A stretch of 64,000 nucleotides of DNA, taken from positions 3,859 through 67,858 of the forward strand of contig JALGXW010000010.1 in the NCBI GenBank assembly GCA_029821875.1, given 5' to 3'. The position numbers and the translations under genes are program-made. Numbering within the stretch: the first letter of the stretch is position 1; each line of letters starts with the position of its first letter. The notes below the pieces were generated by a model. That model did not search any database. It was not told where the DNA came from and saw only the letters and a program-made list of their open reading frames with translations. Below are positions 48,639-59,106 of this stretch, piece after piece. The stretch comes from Candidatus Hebobacterum abditum. Its GTDB lineage: Bacteria > Armatimonadota > Hebobacteria > Hebobacterales > Hebobacteraceae.

Positions 48639-49919
48639 CTAGGCCTCGCTCCCGCCGCCGGAGTCTGGCGAGCCGGGGGCGATCCAGCGCTTCTGCGCCA
48701 TCGCCACCGCCAACAGCAGACCACTCATGACGACGAACGGCCAGCGGTATCCGAAGGCCGCAGCCGCCACCCCGCCCAGCGCCGGCCCCATTGCCCAGCC
48801 GAGAGCGCTCGCTGTCGTTGTGAACCCATACGCCTGCCCGATGTTGGCCCGAGGGACCACATTGGACACGATCGCATTCATCGACGGTACCATGCCCCCG
48901 GCTGCGAGCCCAAAGAGAATCCGCAGAACCACAAGCTGGCCTATACTCTGCGCGAAGAAGTGCGGCGCCGACAGGACGGCTGTGAGCGCGGTGCACACGA
49001 CCAGCATTCTCTTGTGTCCTACTCGGTCGCTCAGCCGCCCCACCAACACCGCCGATATCGCGGCGGCTATCCCCGTCACGGCGAGCAGAATGCCGGTCTC
49101 CGCGGCCGCCTGCTGTGGTGTCCCAACGATCTCCTCAACGAAGAGCGGGAAGATCGGCATCACGAAAGACACGCTGAGATTCATGACGAAGTAACCGCCC
49201 AGGAGTCCGAGAATCACCGGCATTCGCAGGAGCACGCGCAGAGGGGCCGATTCGCGCGCGACCTCCCGGTCCGGCGGCACGAACCGCTCTCTCGCGCCGA
49301 GCAGCACTAGCATGCCACCCGTGAACAGCAACGCCCCCGTCACTCCGAACGGGACGCGGTATCCATACCGATCTGCCACAATGCCGCCCAGGTACGGCCC
49401 CACGGCCGCACCCGTGAACACGGCCATCTGCATGAGACCCAAGCTGGCGCCGACTCGATTTCTTGGGACGACGCTGGACACCATCGCCACCGACGCGGGC
49501 ACGGTGCCCGTGATCATGCCTTGCAGAGTTCGCAGGACAAGCAGATGGTAGACGTTCTGGGCGAGACCCATCAGCGCGAGCATGACGCTCCCCCCGAACA
49601 TGGCGCGTATCACCATTGGCCTTCGCCCGTACCGGTCGGCGACATACCCCCAGACGGGCCCCATGATGCTCATCGCCAGCCCGGCAGCGGTTCCTGTGAC
49701 GCCGGCCCATACCGGCACCATTCGCTCGGCAACGTTCAGATCCCGAACGAAGAACGGGATGAACGGCATGGCAAATGAGAAGCCCATGATGGAGCACAGC
49801 TGCGCTACCCACATCACCGGCAGCGTCACTCGCCACCGGGGATCGCCGAACTCCTCTGGGTCGCGCGCGGCAGTCGTCATCTGCTCTCGATCTTGCTGTG
49901 TGATCGCGTCTCGGTCCAT
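48639..49919 (-). CDS. MFS transporter (MdtG/DHA1-like)
   Basis: GFSFAMPFIP, WG..ADRYGRRPM..RA, GRLSDRVG; start uncertain (49952/49919/49880). Confidence 0.92.
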   Translation of the reverse strand: MDRDAITQQDREQMTTAARDPEEFGDPRWRVTLPVMWVAQLCSIMGFSFAMPFIPFFVRDLNVAERMVPVWAGVTGTAAGLAMSIMGPVWGYVADRYGRRPMVIRAMFGGSVMLALMGLAQNVYHLLVLRTLQGMITGTVPASVAMVSSVVPRNRVGASLGLMQMAVFTGAAVGPYLGGIVADRYGYRVPFGVTGALLFTGGMLVLLGARERFVPPDREVARESAPLRVLLRMPVILGLLGGYFVMNLSVSFVMPIFPLFVEEIVGTPQQAAAETGILLAVTGIAAAISAVLVGRLSDRVGHKRMLVVCTALTAVLSAPHFFAQSIGQLVVLRILFGLAAGGMVPSMNAIVSNVVPRANIGQAYGFTTTASALGWAMGPALGGVAAAAFGYRWPFVVMSGLLLAVAMAQKRWIAPGSPDSGGGSEA

Positions 49920-50193
49920 CACACCAGCAGAGGCCCCACCCCAACCATGCATATTCGGCGTGGTGACCGAGATTCCATCCTAGACGTCAATCGCTATGTT
50001 GTCAGGCCGTGAGCCCAAGCCTAGGTCTCATCGGACCTTCGACCACCTTGGACAGACAAGGCTGCCTCGACCCGTCGTCGCTGCATACCTGTGGTCGGCC
50101 CGACACAGACATCCTTTCGGCGCCAGAGGTCAGCAGACAATCAGACAGAAAGGGCTCAGCGCAGTGATGGTGCCGCTCTGTGGAGGACTAGGC

Positions 50194-50757
50194 ATGAACA
50201 CACTCGATGCCATCGCGTCGCGCAGGAGCATACGGCGATTCAAAGACCAGCCAGTCCCCCGTGAGCTGGTAGAGCCCCTGCTCACTGCTGCTATCCAGGC
50301 GCCGTCGGGAAAGAACCGTCAGCCGTGGCACTTCATCGTGGTCGGGGGCGAGAAGCGAAGCGAAATGCTCGCCGTCATGCGCACGAGGCTTGCCGAGCTC
50401 AAAGAGCAGCGGGTTGACCTCGGCAGCGCTGAATGGTCGGCCGAATGCATGGAGCAGGCGCCCGTGACGGTCTTCGTCTTCCGGCCCAATGGGCCCGAGG
50501 AGTCCGGCGGCCCTATGGACGTCGTCGATGTCCAGTCCATCGGCGCGGCGATCCAGAACCTGCTGCTGGCGGCGACGGACCTCGGGCTCGGCACGCTCTG
50601 GATCTGCGATGTGTTCTACGCCTACGACGAGCTTCGCTCGTGGCTCGGCCGCGACGACCAGATGATCGCGGCGGTGGCCATCGGCTACGCGGACGAGTCT
50701 CCGGATGCGCGGCCGCGGCGGCCGCTGGAAGACGTGACCACCTGGCTGGAGCGCTGA
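50194..50757 (+). CDS. Nitroreductase family protein
   Basis: I.SRRSIRRF, APSGKNRQPWHF, GAAIQNLLLAA..LGLGTLW; SD GGAGG. Confidence 0.92.
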   Translation: MNTLDAIASRRSIRRFKDQPVPRELVEPLLTAAIQAPSGKNRQPWHFIVVGGEKRSEMLAVMRTRLAELKEQRVDLGSAEWSAECMEQAPVTVFVFRPNGPEESGGPMDVVDVQSIGAAIQNLLLAATDLGLGTLWICDVFYAYDELRSWLGRDDQMIAAVAIGYADESPDARPRRPLEDVTTWLER

Positions 50758-50794
50758 CCAGCGAGATCACAGAAATCGAGGAGGAGTGTCCGAT

Positions 50795-51313
50795 ATGAGT
50801 CTCGTCACGAGGATTGCGCCGGAGTTCGAACTCGAAGGCATCGCGGATGGTGACTTCGCAACCGTCAAGCTGGCGGATTACAGAGGCAAGTGGCTGGTCC
50901 TGTTCTTCTATCCCCTCGACTTCACTTTTGTCTGCCCCACGGAGATTCGGGAGTTCAGCAAGCGCCTCCCTGAGTTCCAGGAGGCCGGCGCAGAGGTCGT
51001 CACACTGAGCGTTGACAGCAAGTACTCCCATCTCGCCTGGCAGAAGGAGATCGGAGACATCGCCTACCCGATGCTGAGCGACATCACAAAGGAAGTCAGC
51101 AGCAAGTACGGTGTGTTGCTCGAGAATGAGGGTGTCGCCCTCCGAGGCCTCTTCATCATCGACCCGGAGGGCATTGTCCGGTACGAGCTCATCCACGACC
51201 TGAGCGTAGGCCGAAACGTGAGCGAGACGCTCCGCGTGCTAAAGGCGCTCCAGACGGGCGAGCTGTGCCCAGTGGACTGGGAGCCCGGCGAGACGACGCT
51301 GGGCCCCGAGTAG
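50795..51313 (+). CDS. ahpC: 2-Cys peroxiredoxin
   Basis: FFYPLDFTFVCPTE, RGLFIIDP, GRN..E, LCPVDW. Confidence 0.93.
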   Translation: MSLVTRIAPEFELEGIADGDFATVKLADYRGKWLVLFFYPLDFTFVCPTEIREFSKRLPEFQEAGAEVVTLSVDSKYSHLAWQKEIGDIAYPMLSDITKEVSSKYGVLLENEGVALRGLFIIDPEGIVRYELIHDLSVGRNVSETLRVLKALQTGELCPVDWEPGETTLGPE

Positions 51314-51479
51314 AGGCCTCCGTATCCCGGCGCACAGCGTGGCCAAGAAGTCCGCCCCCCTCCTCTCGGCGGCGAAGCAGCGCTCGCGGCCGACGTACAC
51401 TCCCGGAGCAGACGTGCCGCTCAAGGAGAGAGGTCCGAAGGTCGGCTGCAGGTAATACTCTCCAGCAGCGTAGAGACGC

Positions 51480-52514
51480 ATGGCTAACAGGCAGGGAAAC
51501 GTGAAGCTGGTTATCGGTGTGGATGGCGGCAACACGAAGACTCTGGCCGCCGCGTGCGATCTAAATGGCGAGGTGCGAGGAGTCGGCCGCGGCGGATGCA
51601 GCAATTGGGAGGGGTCAGGAGCTGACGGCGCGGCCCAGGTCATCACCGAGGCCGCGCAGGAGGCCCTGGAGATGTCCGGCGCGAGCATGGGTGACGTAGT
51701 CGGGGCGCACATGGGCCTGGCAGGCGTTGACTGGCCCGACGATCCGGACCGAATGCGCGGACCGCTGGAAAAGGCCGGGTGGGGATGCCCACTCGCGCTG
51801 GAGAACGATGCCTTTCTGCCGCTGCGGGCCTCGGCGCCGGAGGGACATGGGATCGCGGCCTCTGCAGGAACCGGCATCTGCTGTGGGATCATCCACCCAG
51901 ACGGCGATCAGTTCTTCTACGGCGCGTTCACGGACCTGGGCGGGGGCATTGACATTAACCCAAAGACGATCCAGGCCGTGCTCCGTGAAGAGGACGGGCG
52001 AGGCGAGCCCACGGCTCTGACTCCGGCCTTGCTTGAGGCCACTGGGCACAGCAGCGTGACGGAGCTCGCCTACGACATCCATCGTCGTGGCAATTGGGTA
52101 CCCAAGACGGTCACCGACCCAGTGCTGTTCACCTGCGCGGCCGAGGGAGACCCCGTGGCGGTCGGAATCGTGACAGACTTCGGCCGTGAGCTGGCCCTGT
52201 GCGTGGCCAATCTGATTCGGCGCTACGAGCTGGCACAGGAGGCGCCCGCAGTCGTCGCCGGGGGATCGCTGTTCATGAGGACCGGGCCGCTCCTCTTCCG
52301 CGTCTTTCGTGAAGACGTGGTGAAGATCGCGCCGCGCGCGCGTCTCATGGTGGCCGATCATCCCGGCGTCATGGGAGCCGTTCGCGCGGCACTTGCCGCG
52401 GCCGGCCAAGGCGGCTCCGACGTATGGGAGCGAGCGCGGCACACAGCGACCCAGGGCGAGTGGTTCGGCCAGAACGTCGGCGAAGACTCGGAAGAGGTCA
52501 CAGATGAGCAGTAG
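51480..52514 (+). CDS. BadF/BadG/BcrA/BcrD-type sugar kinase
   Basis: GVDGGNTKT, GLAGVD, END, AGTG. Confidence 0.85.
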   Translation: MANRQGNVKLVIGVDGGNTKTLAAACDLNGEVRGVGRGGCSNWEGSGADGAAQVITEAAQEALEMSGASMGDVVGAHMGLAGVDWPDDPDRMRGPLEKAGWGCPLALENDAFLPLRASAPEGHGIAASAGTGICCGIIHPDGDQFFYGAFTDLGGGIDINPKTIQAVLREEDGRGEPTALTPALLEATGHSSVTELAYDIHRRGNWVPKTVTDPVLFTCAAEGDPVAVGIVTDFGRELALCVANLIRRYELAQEAPAVVAGGSLFMRTGPLLFRVFREDVVKIAPRARLMVADHPGVMGAVRAALAAAGQGGSDVWERARHTATQGEWFGQNVGEDSEEVTDEQ

Positions 52515-53781
52515 CACGGACACAAAGGTCGTCGTGATAGGAGGCGGCAGCAGCTACACGCCCGAGATAGTCGAGGGGCTGATCGGACGCGCCGAGGAGC
52601 TCTCGCTCCGCGAGGTATGGCTTGTCGACATACGCGAGGGGCAGGAGAAGCTCGGAATCGTCGGCGAGCTGGCGAGGCGCATGGTGGCACAGGAAGGCCG
52701 CCCGTTCAGCGTCAACCTGACCACCGACCGCCGGGAGGCGCTCCCGGGAGCCGACTACATCGTCACACAGATGCGGGTCGGCGGCATGCAAGCCCGGATC
52801 AAGGACGAGCGGATACCGCTACAACACGGCGTCATCGGCCAGGAGACGACCGGACCGGGGGGGTTCGCCAAGGCCCTACGCACGATACCGGTGATGCTCG
52901 ACATCTGCCGCGATACGGAGGAGCTTGCCCCTGGCGCGTGGCTCGTGAACTTCACCAACCCGAGCGGCATCGTCACGGAGGCCGTGACTCGCCACACCGA
53001 GACACAGATCATCGGTCTCTGCAACAACGCGATCAACATCGAGCGCTGGCTCGCGCGCGAGTTCGAGGCGACCCCCGATGATGTCTACGTCGAGTTCGTC
53101 GGCTGCAATCATCTCCTGTGGGTGAACCGCGTCTGGGTCCGCGGAGAAGAGGTGACGGATCAGCTGCTCGAGAGGGTGGCCGGCGGAGATGAGTGGCCGC
53201 GGGAGCTGATCGAATCGCTCCGAGCAGTTCCGTGCGGCTACCACCACTACTACTACATGCCGGACGAGATGCTCGCCAAAGCGCAGAAGGCCGATAAGAC
53301 GCGCGGCGAGGAAATCATCGCGATCGAGAAGGAGCTGTTCGAGCTCTATCGAGACCCTCAGCTGAGCCAAAAGCCTGAAGCGCTGTCAAAGCGTGGCGGC
53401 TCTCTCTACTCGGAGGCCGCAGTCCGGCTGATCGCCTCCATCCAGACTGACCGACGCGACGTACAGTGCGTGAACACAACGAACCGTGGCGCTCTGTCCA
53501 ATGTGCCGGCCGACTCCGTGGTCGAGGTCAACTGCTTGATCGGCGCCGACGGGCCGAGACCAATCACAGTCGGCCCCCTCCGGCCGGAGCTTCGCGGCCT
53601 GCTCCAGCAGCTGAAGGCCTACGAGGAGCTGACCATCCAGGCGGCCGTCACCGGCGACCAGGGCGCAGCCCTGCAGGCACTTCTGGCGAATCCGCTCGTG
53701 CCGTCGGTGGGCGTGGCGGAGGGCGTGCTGCACGACCTCCTGGAGGCCCATGCCGAGTTCCTGCCGCAGTTCGGCCGGTGA
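52504..53781 (+). CDS. GH4 6-phospho-beta-glucosidase
   Basis: IGGGSSYTPE, RVGG, GQETTGPGGFAKALRTIP, NFTNP, GLCN. Confidence 0.92.
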   Translation: MSSSTDTKVVVIGGGSSYTPEIVEGLIGRAEELSLREVWLVDIREGQEKLGIVGELARRMVAQEGRPFSVNLTTDRREALPGADYIVTQMRVGGMQARIKDERIPLQHGVIGQETTGPGGFAKALRTIPVMLDICRDTEELAPGAWLVNFTNPSGIVTEAVTRHTETQIIGLCNNAINIERWLAREFEATPDDVYVEFVGCNHLLWVNRVWVRGEEVTDQLLERVAGGDEWPRELIESLRAVPCGYHHYYYMPDEMLAKAQKADKTRGEEIIAIEKELFELYRDPQLSQKPEALSKRGGSLYSEAAVRLIASIQTDRRDVQCVNTTNRGALSNVPADSVVEVNCLIGADGPRPITVGPLRPELRGLLQQLKAYEELTIQAAVTGDQGAALQALLANPLVPSVGVAEGVLHDLLEAHAEFLPQFGR

Positions 53782-53817
53782 TCCGGTCGCCTTGGCAGAG
53801 CGGCCCGAGGAGCCAAC

Positions 53818-55065
53818 ATGCAGGTACTCCTGGATGTGCCCGTCTTGCCCGCAGCAGCCGTATTGCTCGCACTGCTCGCCCAACCCGCGGCTGCAGGCCG
53901 GCCTGAGTGGATGCCGGAGGCTCCTCCCCTACCCGTCACGGGTCGCGTCGTCGAGGTGGCCACCGTCGAGGAGCTCGACCACGCGGTCCGGCAAGCGCAC
54001 GACGGCGACACGATCATGGTCGCTGATGGGACATACCAGCTCGACCACCTCCTGCACCTAAGGGGCCGGAAGAATGTGACCATCCGTGGCGCTTCCGGAG
54101 GTCCTTCGAAGGCCGTCATCACGGGAGCCGGTTGGGACGCCCGCGAGGGCCGCTTCGACCTGCTTGTGCTTCATGGGTGCTCCGACATAACAGTCGCACA
54201 CCTCACCTTCACCGAGACGCAGAGCTACGGCATCAAGCTGGAGAACACTCCGCTGAATGGCAGGGGACTCGAGAACATCCAGATCTACGACTGCGAGTTC
54301 TACAACATCGGGACGCGCATGGTGAAGGGTACCGGAGGCGAGCACGAGCCGGTCGTGGGCGGGTCGATACGATACTGCCACTTCGAGAACACCAAGGTTC
54401 CGCCGAAGAGCTGGCTTTTCGACGGCGACTATATCAGCGCCATCGACTGCATGCGCCTCGTCGACTGGACCATCAGCGATAACTCCTTCAGGAACATCCG
54501 GGGGGCCAATGGGGGCGGCAGAGGCGCAGTCTTCGTGTGGGTCGATTCGAAGAACGTCGTGACCGAGCGCAACGTCTTTGTCGGCTGTGACCGTTCGATC
54601 GCCTACGGCAACCCGTCGGGGTCGAACCAGGACCCACAGTCCTATCACAACACCGGCGGCATCATCCGCAACAACTTCGTTGTCGCAGGTGCCGATAAGG
54701 GCATCGAGATCTGCTGGGCGAACGGCGTGAAGGTCTACCACAACGCTGTGCTCGCGGACGTGGGGAAGGGCTGGGGCATTCACTACCACTGGAATGAACT
54801 CCGCGACGTGCATGTCGCCAACAACCTCGTGCGCGGCCGGCTGCTGGGCGACGCTGCAGGCGTCATGGTCGAAGGCAACCTCACACGCGGCATCGAGAAT
54901 GGCTGGTTCCGACAGCCCCAGGAGGGCGATCTCCACCTCACCGCGGCCGCGAAAGCCGCGATGAACGTCAGAAGCCGTCTGCCCGAATGCTCGGAGGATT
55001 TCGACGGCGAAGCGCGCTCAGCGAACGCAGACGTGGGCGCGGACGAGTACGTGCCGCCCAAGTAG
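53818..55065 (+). CDS. Secreted right-handed parallel beta-helix protein
   Basis: Signal peptide; GDTI..ADGTY; Asn-ladder repeats; DFDGE.R...DVGADE. Confidence 0.8.
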   Translation: MQVLLDVPVLPAAAVLLALLAQPAAAGRPEWMPEAPPLPVTGRVVEVATVEELDHAVRQAHDGDTIMVADGTYQLDHLLHLRGRKNVTIRGASGGPSKAVITGAGWDAREGRFDLLVLHGCSDITVAHLTFTETQSYGIKLENTPLNGRGLENIQIYDCEFYNIGTRMVKGTGGEHEPVVGGSIRYCHFENTKVPPKSWLFDGDYISAIDCMRLVDWTISDNSFRNIRGANGGGRGAVFVWVDSKNVVTERNVFVGCDRSIAYGNPSGSNQDPQSYHNTGGIIRNNFVVAGADKGIEICWANGVKVYHNAVLADVGKGWGIHYHWNELRDVHVANNLVRGRLLGDAAGVMVEGNLTRGIENGWFRQPQEGDLHLTAAAKAAMNVRSRLPECSEDFDGEARSANADVGADEYVPPK

Positions 55066-55095
55066 ACCCGCGAGCGACCCAGCCAGGACGTGAAG

Positions 55096-55124
55096 AAGCG
55101 CCCCTGCAAGCCGCAGGGGCGCTT
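55096..55124. terminator. Hairpin between convergent genes, probably bidirectional terminator
   Basis: AAGCGCCCCTGC-AAGCC-GCAGGGGCGCTT, perfect 12-bp stem. Confidence 0.7.
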
Positions 55125-55146
55125 TCCTTGCCTCGGGCGAACGACC

Positions 55147-56469
55147 CTATGTCAGGTGTTTGAACTGCGGCAGCAGCGGCGCCTGGGCCTTGAACAGTTC
55201 ATCCACCATCTGCTTGATCTCGGCGAGCGAGAGCCTGGCGGCCGCCAGCGGATCATAGCAGCAGGCGTGATAGGCCGCCACCGGATCGCCGGTCAGGGCC
55301 GACTCCACCGTCAGCTCGGAGACCATCGTGTTGAGGTGGTTCAGGGCGACGAGTTGCGGCGGCAGCGTGCCAGCGTGGATGGGCTTGTATCCGGTCCGAT
55401 CGGCCACGATCGGCACCTCGACAACACACTGGTCCGGCAGGTTCGTGATGAGGTTCGTATTCGGCACGTTCCCGTTGAACTTGAAGGGCTCATCGAAGAG
55501 CAGGCCGCGTACGATGCTAGAAGCATACTCGTGTGAGCGCCCGAGCTTGATCTCGACCCGGCCCTCGGCATAGTCCTCGAGCCGCTTCTTCCAGGTCTCG
55601 GCAGCCTCGGAGTACTCGTGGAGGATGTAGCCGTGGACGCCCGGGTTCCAGTCCTTGCCATGGGTGCAGTACTGCTCGATCAGCTCGGGGCGCTTTCGGA
55701 ACCACCAGTTATACTCGGAGTTGTGCCCGCTCGATTCGGTGACGTAGTAGCCGAGCGCCTTGAACATCTCGTTACGGACGATATCGCGCTCATAGATCTC
55801 AGGCTTGTCAACAGCCTTGCGGAGCGCAGGATAGAGGCTTTCGCCGTTGCGCTCAAAGCGCAGAAGCCAGGCCTGGTGGTTGATGCCGGCACATTCCCAG
55901 ACAACTTCCTCCCAGGGCACACCTATCCACCCGGCCAGCATCCAGGCGAGTCCCTGAACGCTGTGGCACAGGCCGACCATGCGCACGGCGGTCTCGCGGA
56001 ACAGCGCCCGGCACAACATCACCATCGGATTGGTGTAGTTCAGGATGTAGGCGTTGGGAGCATACCTCTCGACGTCGCGCGCGATGTCGAGCATTTCAGG
56101 GATCGTCCGCAGGGAGCGGAAGACGGCCGCCGTTCCGTAGCTGTCGCCAACGTTGAAGTCCACCCCGTACTTCATCGGGATCTCGATCTCGGGCCGGAAC
56201 CCCTCCACGCCGTGCGCCAGGATCGTGATGACGACGATATCCGCGTCCTTCAGCCCCTCGGCGCGGTCGATGGTCGCCTCGACCTTCGCGGGGTACTTGC
56301 CCACTTCCATGATCCTCTCGACGGCGCGTTTGGCGTAGTCGAGGCGCTCCTCATCGATGTCGATGAGCGAGATCGTCGAGTCGGCCAGGTCCTCCCATGA
56401 CATCATGTCGATGACCAGCGTACGCGTGAAACCAAGGCTTCCCGCCCCGACAAAAGCGATCTTGGGCAT
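55147..56469 (-). CDS. melA: GH4 alpha-galactosidase
   Basis: KIAFVGAGS, NYTNPM, GLCHSVQ, AGINHQAW, TESSGHNSEY. Confidence 0.88.
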   Translation of the reverse strand: MPKIAFVGAGSLGFTRTLVIDMMSWEDLADSTISLIDIDEERLDYAKRAVERIMEVGKYPAKVEATIDRAEGLKDADIVVITILAHGVEGFRPEIEIPMKYGVDFNVGDSYGTAAVFRSLRTIPEMLDIARDVERYAPNAYILNYTNPMVMLCRALFRETAVRMVGLCHSVQGLAWMLAGWIGVPWEEVVWECAGINHQAWLLRFERNGESLYPALRKAVDKPEIYERDIVRNEMFKALGYYVTESSGHNSEYNWWFRKRPELIEQYCTHGKDWNPGVHGYILHEYSEAAETWKKRLEDYAEGRVEIKLGRSHEYASSIVRGLLFDEPFKFNGNVPNTNLITNLPDQCVVEVPIVADRTGYKPIHAGTLPPQLVALNHLNTMVSELTVESALTGDPVAAYHACCYDPLAAARLSLAEIKQMVDELFKAQAPLLPQFKHLT

Positions 56470-56855
56470 AGCTCACTCCTCACTAACAGCTTCACAGGCC
56501 GAGCCGACACTGCCCGGCCTGTCCGACTAGTAGTTCGTCGAGAGACCTGTTCTGCCCTCGTCACAGCATGGCAACAGTCTGTATTTTCGCCTGTTGTTCT
56601 TGGACGATCGTGTGGCGACGGCTCTGCTTCTCGCCGACTCGGAGTCCCTCCCTGTGGCTGTACGGGACGACAGGGCCATCACGAAGGCAACCTGCTGCTT
56701 GTGACGGGATGACGCCCTCAAGGGGACTGTCTGGCTGCTCCTCGCACCACGGCTGGGAACGGGCCCGCGGCCAATGTGCGCCTACTCGGCAAGGAAGTGT
56801 TGACGAGAGCAGCCAAGACCTGTAGCGATTCATGTCCGGTCTGGAGAAGGAGTTG

Positions 56856-58175
56856 ATGCCGAAGCGTACCATCGCCGTCCTTGTGCTGATCGTTGCCGCT
56901 GTGGCTGTCAGCATCGCCCTCCGGTCGCGGCCAGATGCCGGTGGCTGGGTATACGGCAGCGGCGTGGTCGAGGCCACCGAGGTGGACGTGAGTGCCCAGG
57001 TCAGCGGCCAGCTCATCGCAGTGCGGGTCAAGGAAGGCGACTCAGTCCTGAAGGGCGATGTGTTGGCGGAGATCGAGCCCGACTATCTCGAAGCCGAACT
57101 CCGGGCGGCAGTGGGAGCCGCAAGCGCGGCGGAGGCGGAGTTGGCGCGCGCGGAGGCGGCACTCTCGGGGGCAGTGCTCTCTCTGCAGAACGCACGTACG
57201 GCCTACGAGAAGAGCACCGAACTCAAGGGCCGATACGACCAAGCGCAGGCCCAGCACGAGGCCGCTGTGGCCGCCCGGGATCGAGCGCGAGCGCGCTTGG
57301 AGTTGGTGCGCGCGGGCGCACGGGAAGAGGCGATCGCGCAAGCTCGGGCAGCCGCCGAGAGCGCTGAGGCCGAGTGGGAGAATGCTCAGCGCGAGCTCGC
57401 CCGACTAGAGACGTTGGTGGCCGAGGGCGCCGTGTCCCAGCAGCAGGTTGACTTCCAGCGAACGGCCGAGAGGGCCGCTCGGGGAGCGCGAGATGTGGCC
57501 AGAGCACGTCTGGCAGAACTCCTCGCCGGGGCCAGGACTGAGGAGGAGCGAGAGGCGGAAGCCACGCTGGTGCAGGCTGAGGCGAACGTTGTGGTCGCGG
57601 AGCGCGCGCTCGAGACGGCTCGTGAGCTCTACGCCGACAAGCTCGAACTCAAGCAGAGGGCCGATGTCGCGGAGGCAGAGTATCTGGCAGCGCAGGAAGC
57701 CAGGGCCGCCGCGACCGGGCGACTCGAGGCTGCAGAGGCGGCGGTGGCCGCGGCGCAGAAGGGGCTGTCCGATGCAGTGGTCAAGTCTCCGCTCGACGCC
57801 GTCGTGCTGCTGAAGATCCGAGAGACGGGTGAGATGACTGCGCAGGGACAGCCAATCGTCCGGCTCGGAGACCTGGACAGGAAGTGGCTGCGAGTGTACG
57901 TCGCACAGACACAGATCAACCGCGTGAAGCTGGGGCAGCGTGCCGAGGTGACGATAGACGCTGACCCGGAACGCGCCTTCCCCGGAACGGTCACCGAGAT
58001 CTCTCAGGAAGCTGAGTTCACTCCGAAGAACGTGCAGACGCGCGAGCAGCGGACCAAGCTCGTCTTCGGCGTCAAGATCGAGTTTGCCGATGCCGAGAAC
58101 GAGCTGAAGCCGGGGATGCCGGCCGACGCTCGCATTCGCGTCGCGGTGGAAGGCGACGATGTCTCAGACCGATAG
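56856..58175 (+). CDS. HlyD/YbhG-like membrane fusion protein
   Basis: SGVVEATEV, long coiled coil, AEFTPKNVQT..R, LKPGMPAD. Confidence 0.92.
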   Translation: MPKRTIAVLVLIVAAVAVSIALRSRPDAGGWVYGSGVVEATEVDVSAQVSGQLIAVRVKEGDSVLKGDVLAEIEPDYLEAELRAAVGAASAAEAELARAEAALSGAVLSLQNARTAYEKSTELKGRYDQAQAQHEAAVAARDRARARLELVRAGAREEAIAQARAAAESAEAEWENAQRELARLETLVAEGAVSQQQVDFQRTAERAARGARDVARARLAELLAGARTEEEREAEATLVQAEANVVVAERALETARELYADKLELKQRADVAEAEYLAAQEARAAATGRLEAAEAAVAAAQKGLSDAVVKSPLDAVVLLKIRETGEMTAQGQPIVRLGDLDRKWLRVYVAQTQINRVKLGQRAEVTIDADPERAFPGTVTEISQEAEFTPKNVQTREQRTKLVFGVKIEFADAENELKPGMPADARIRVAVEGDDVSDR

Positions 58176-59106
58176 CGTCCCTGCGATCGAAGCACGGGGG
58201 CTCTCCAAGACGTTCGGAGGAGTCGTCGCTGTCGACGACCTTTCACTCGCGATCGCGCCCGGCGAGGTGTTCGGTCTGGTGGGGCCGGACGGCGCTGGCA
58301 AGACCACGACCATCCGGATGCTGTGCGGCGTGCTGCGACCAACCTCCGGTGCGGCGAGCGTGCTTGGGTTCGATGTCCCAACAGAGACGGACGAGGTCGG
58401 GCGCAGAGTCGGGTACATGCCGCAACGCTTCAGCCTCTATCCAGAGCTCACGGTAGCCGAGAACCTTATGTTCCGCGCCCGCGTCCACGACATGGCAGGA
58501 CGCGTTCTCGAGGAACGCCTCGAGTCTCTGCTCACCCTGACGCAGTTGGGACGCTTCCGCCATCGTCTCGCCAGCGCGCTCTCAGGCGGCATGAAGCAGA
58601 AGCTCGCCCTGGCGGCCGCCCTGCTGCCCGCGCCGAGCGTCCTCGTGTTGGATGAGCCGACAACCGGGGTGGACCCCGCCTCTCGCGGTGACTTCTGGGA
58701 GATGCTCCTCGGCCTGGCCGAGAAGGGCACGACCGTGATGGCCGCCACGGCCTACATGGACGAGGCAGAGCGCTGCCGTCGGGTCGGGCTCCTCTACCAG
58801 GGACGTCTGCTCGTGTGTGGAAGCCCCGACGAGATTCGAAGACAGGCCGGGCTCTCGCTCCTCCTGGTGTCCTGTCAGCCCCTTCAGTACGGACGAAGCG
58901 CCCTGCAGGAGGCCTCAGGCGTTCGCTGGGTCAAGGTCCTCGGAGACCGCCTTCACGTCGCGCTCGGCCTCGGCGGAACGGCCGACTCAGTTCAGGAATC
59001 GCTCGAGCGGATGGGAGTTCGCGTGACGCGCATCGAGCCCATTGAGCCTGCCCTCGAAGACGCGTTCTTCGAGTTCGTCAGGAGCCGGAGGGAGGCCGGA
59101 GTGTGA
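58159..59106 (+). CDS. ABC transporter ATP-binding protein
   Basis: GPDGAGKTT, LSGGMKQK, LDEPT. Confidence 0.95.
   Translation: MSQTDSVPAIEARGLSKTFGGVVAVDDLSLAIAPGEVFGLVGPDGAGKTTTIRMLCGVLRPTSGAASVLGFDVPTETDEVGRRVGYMPQRFSLYPELTVAENLMFRARVHDMAGRVLEERLESLLTLTQLGRFRHRLASALSGGMKQKLALAAALLPAPSVLVLDEPTTGVDPASRGDFWEMLLGLAEKGTTVMAATAYMDEAERCRRVGLLYQGRLLVCGSPDEIRRQAGLSLLLVSCQPLQYGRSALQEASGVRWVKVLGDRLHVALGLGGTADSVQESLERMGVRVTRIEPIEPALEDAFFEFVRSRREAGV

Noticed and set aside
32307..51313. Selenocysteine readthrough in redox proteins (thioredoxin, ModA-like, radical SAM, AhpC)
   Set aside because: All catalytic positions are ordinary Cys codons in uninterrupted ORFs
56568..56825. 85-aa Cys-containing ORF between melA and the exporter
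   Set aside because: No RBS or family motif; likely a divergent promoter region
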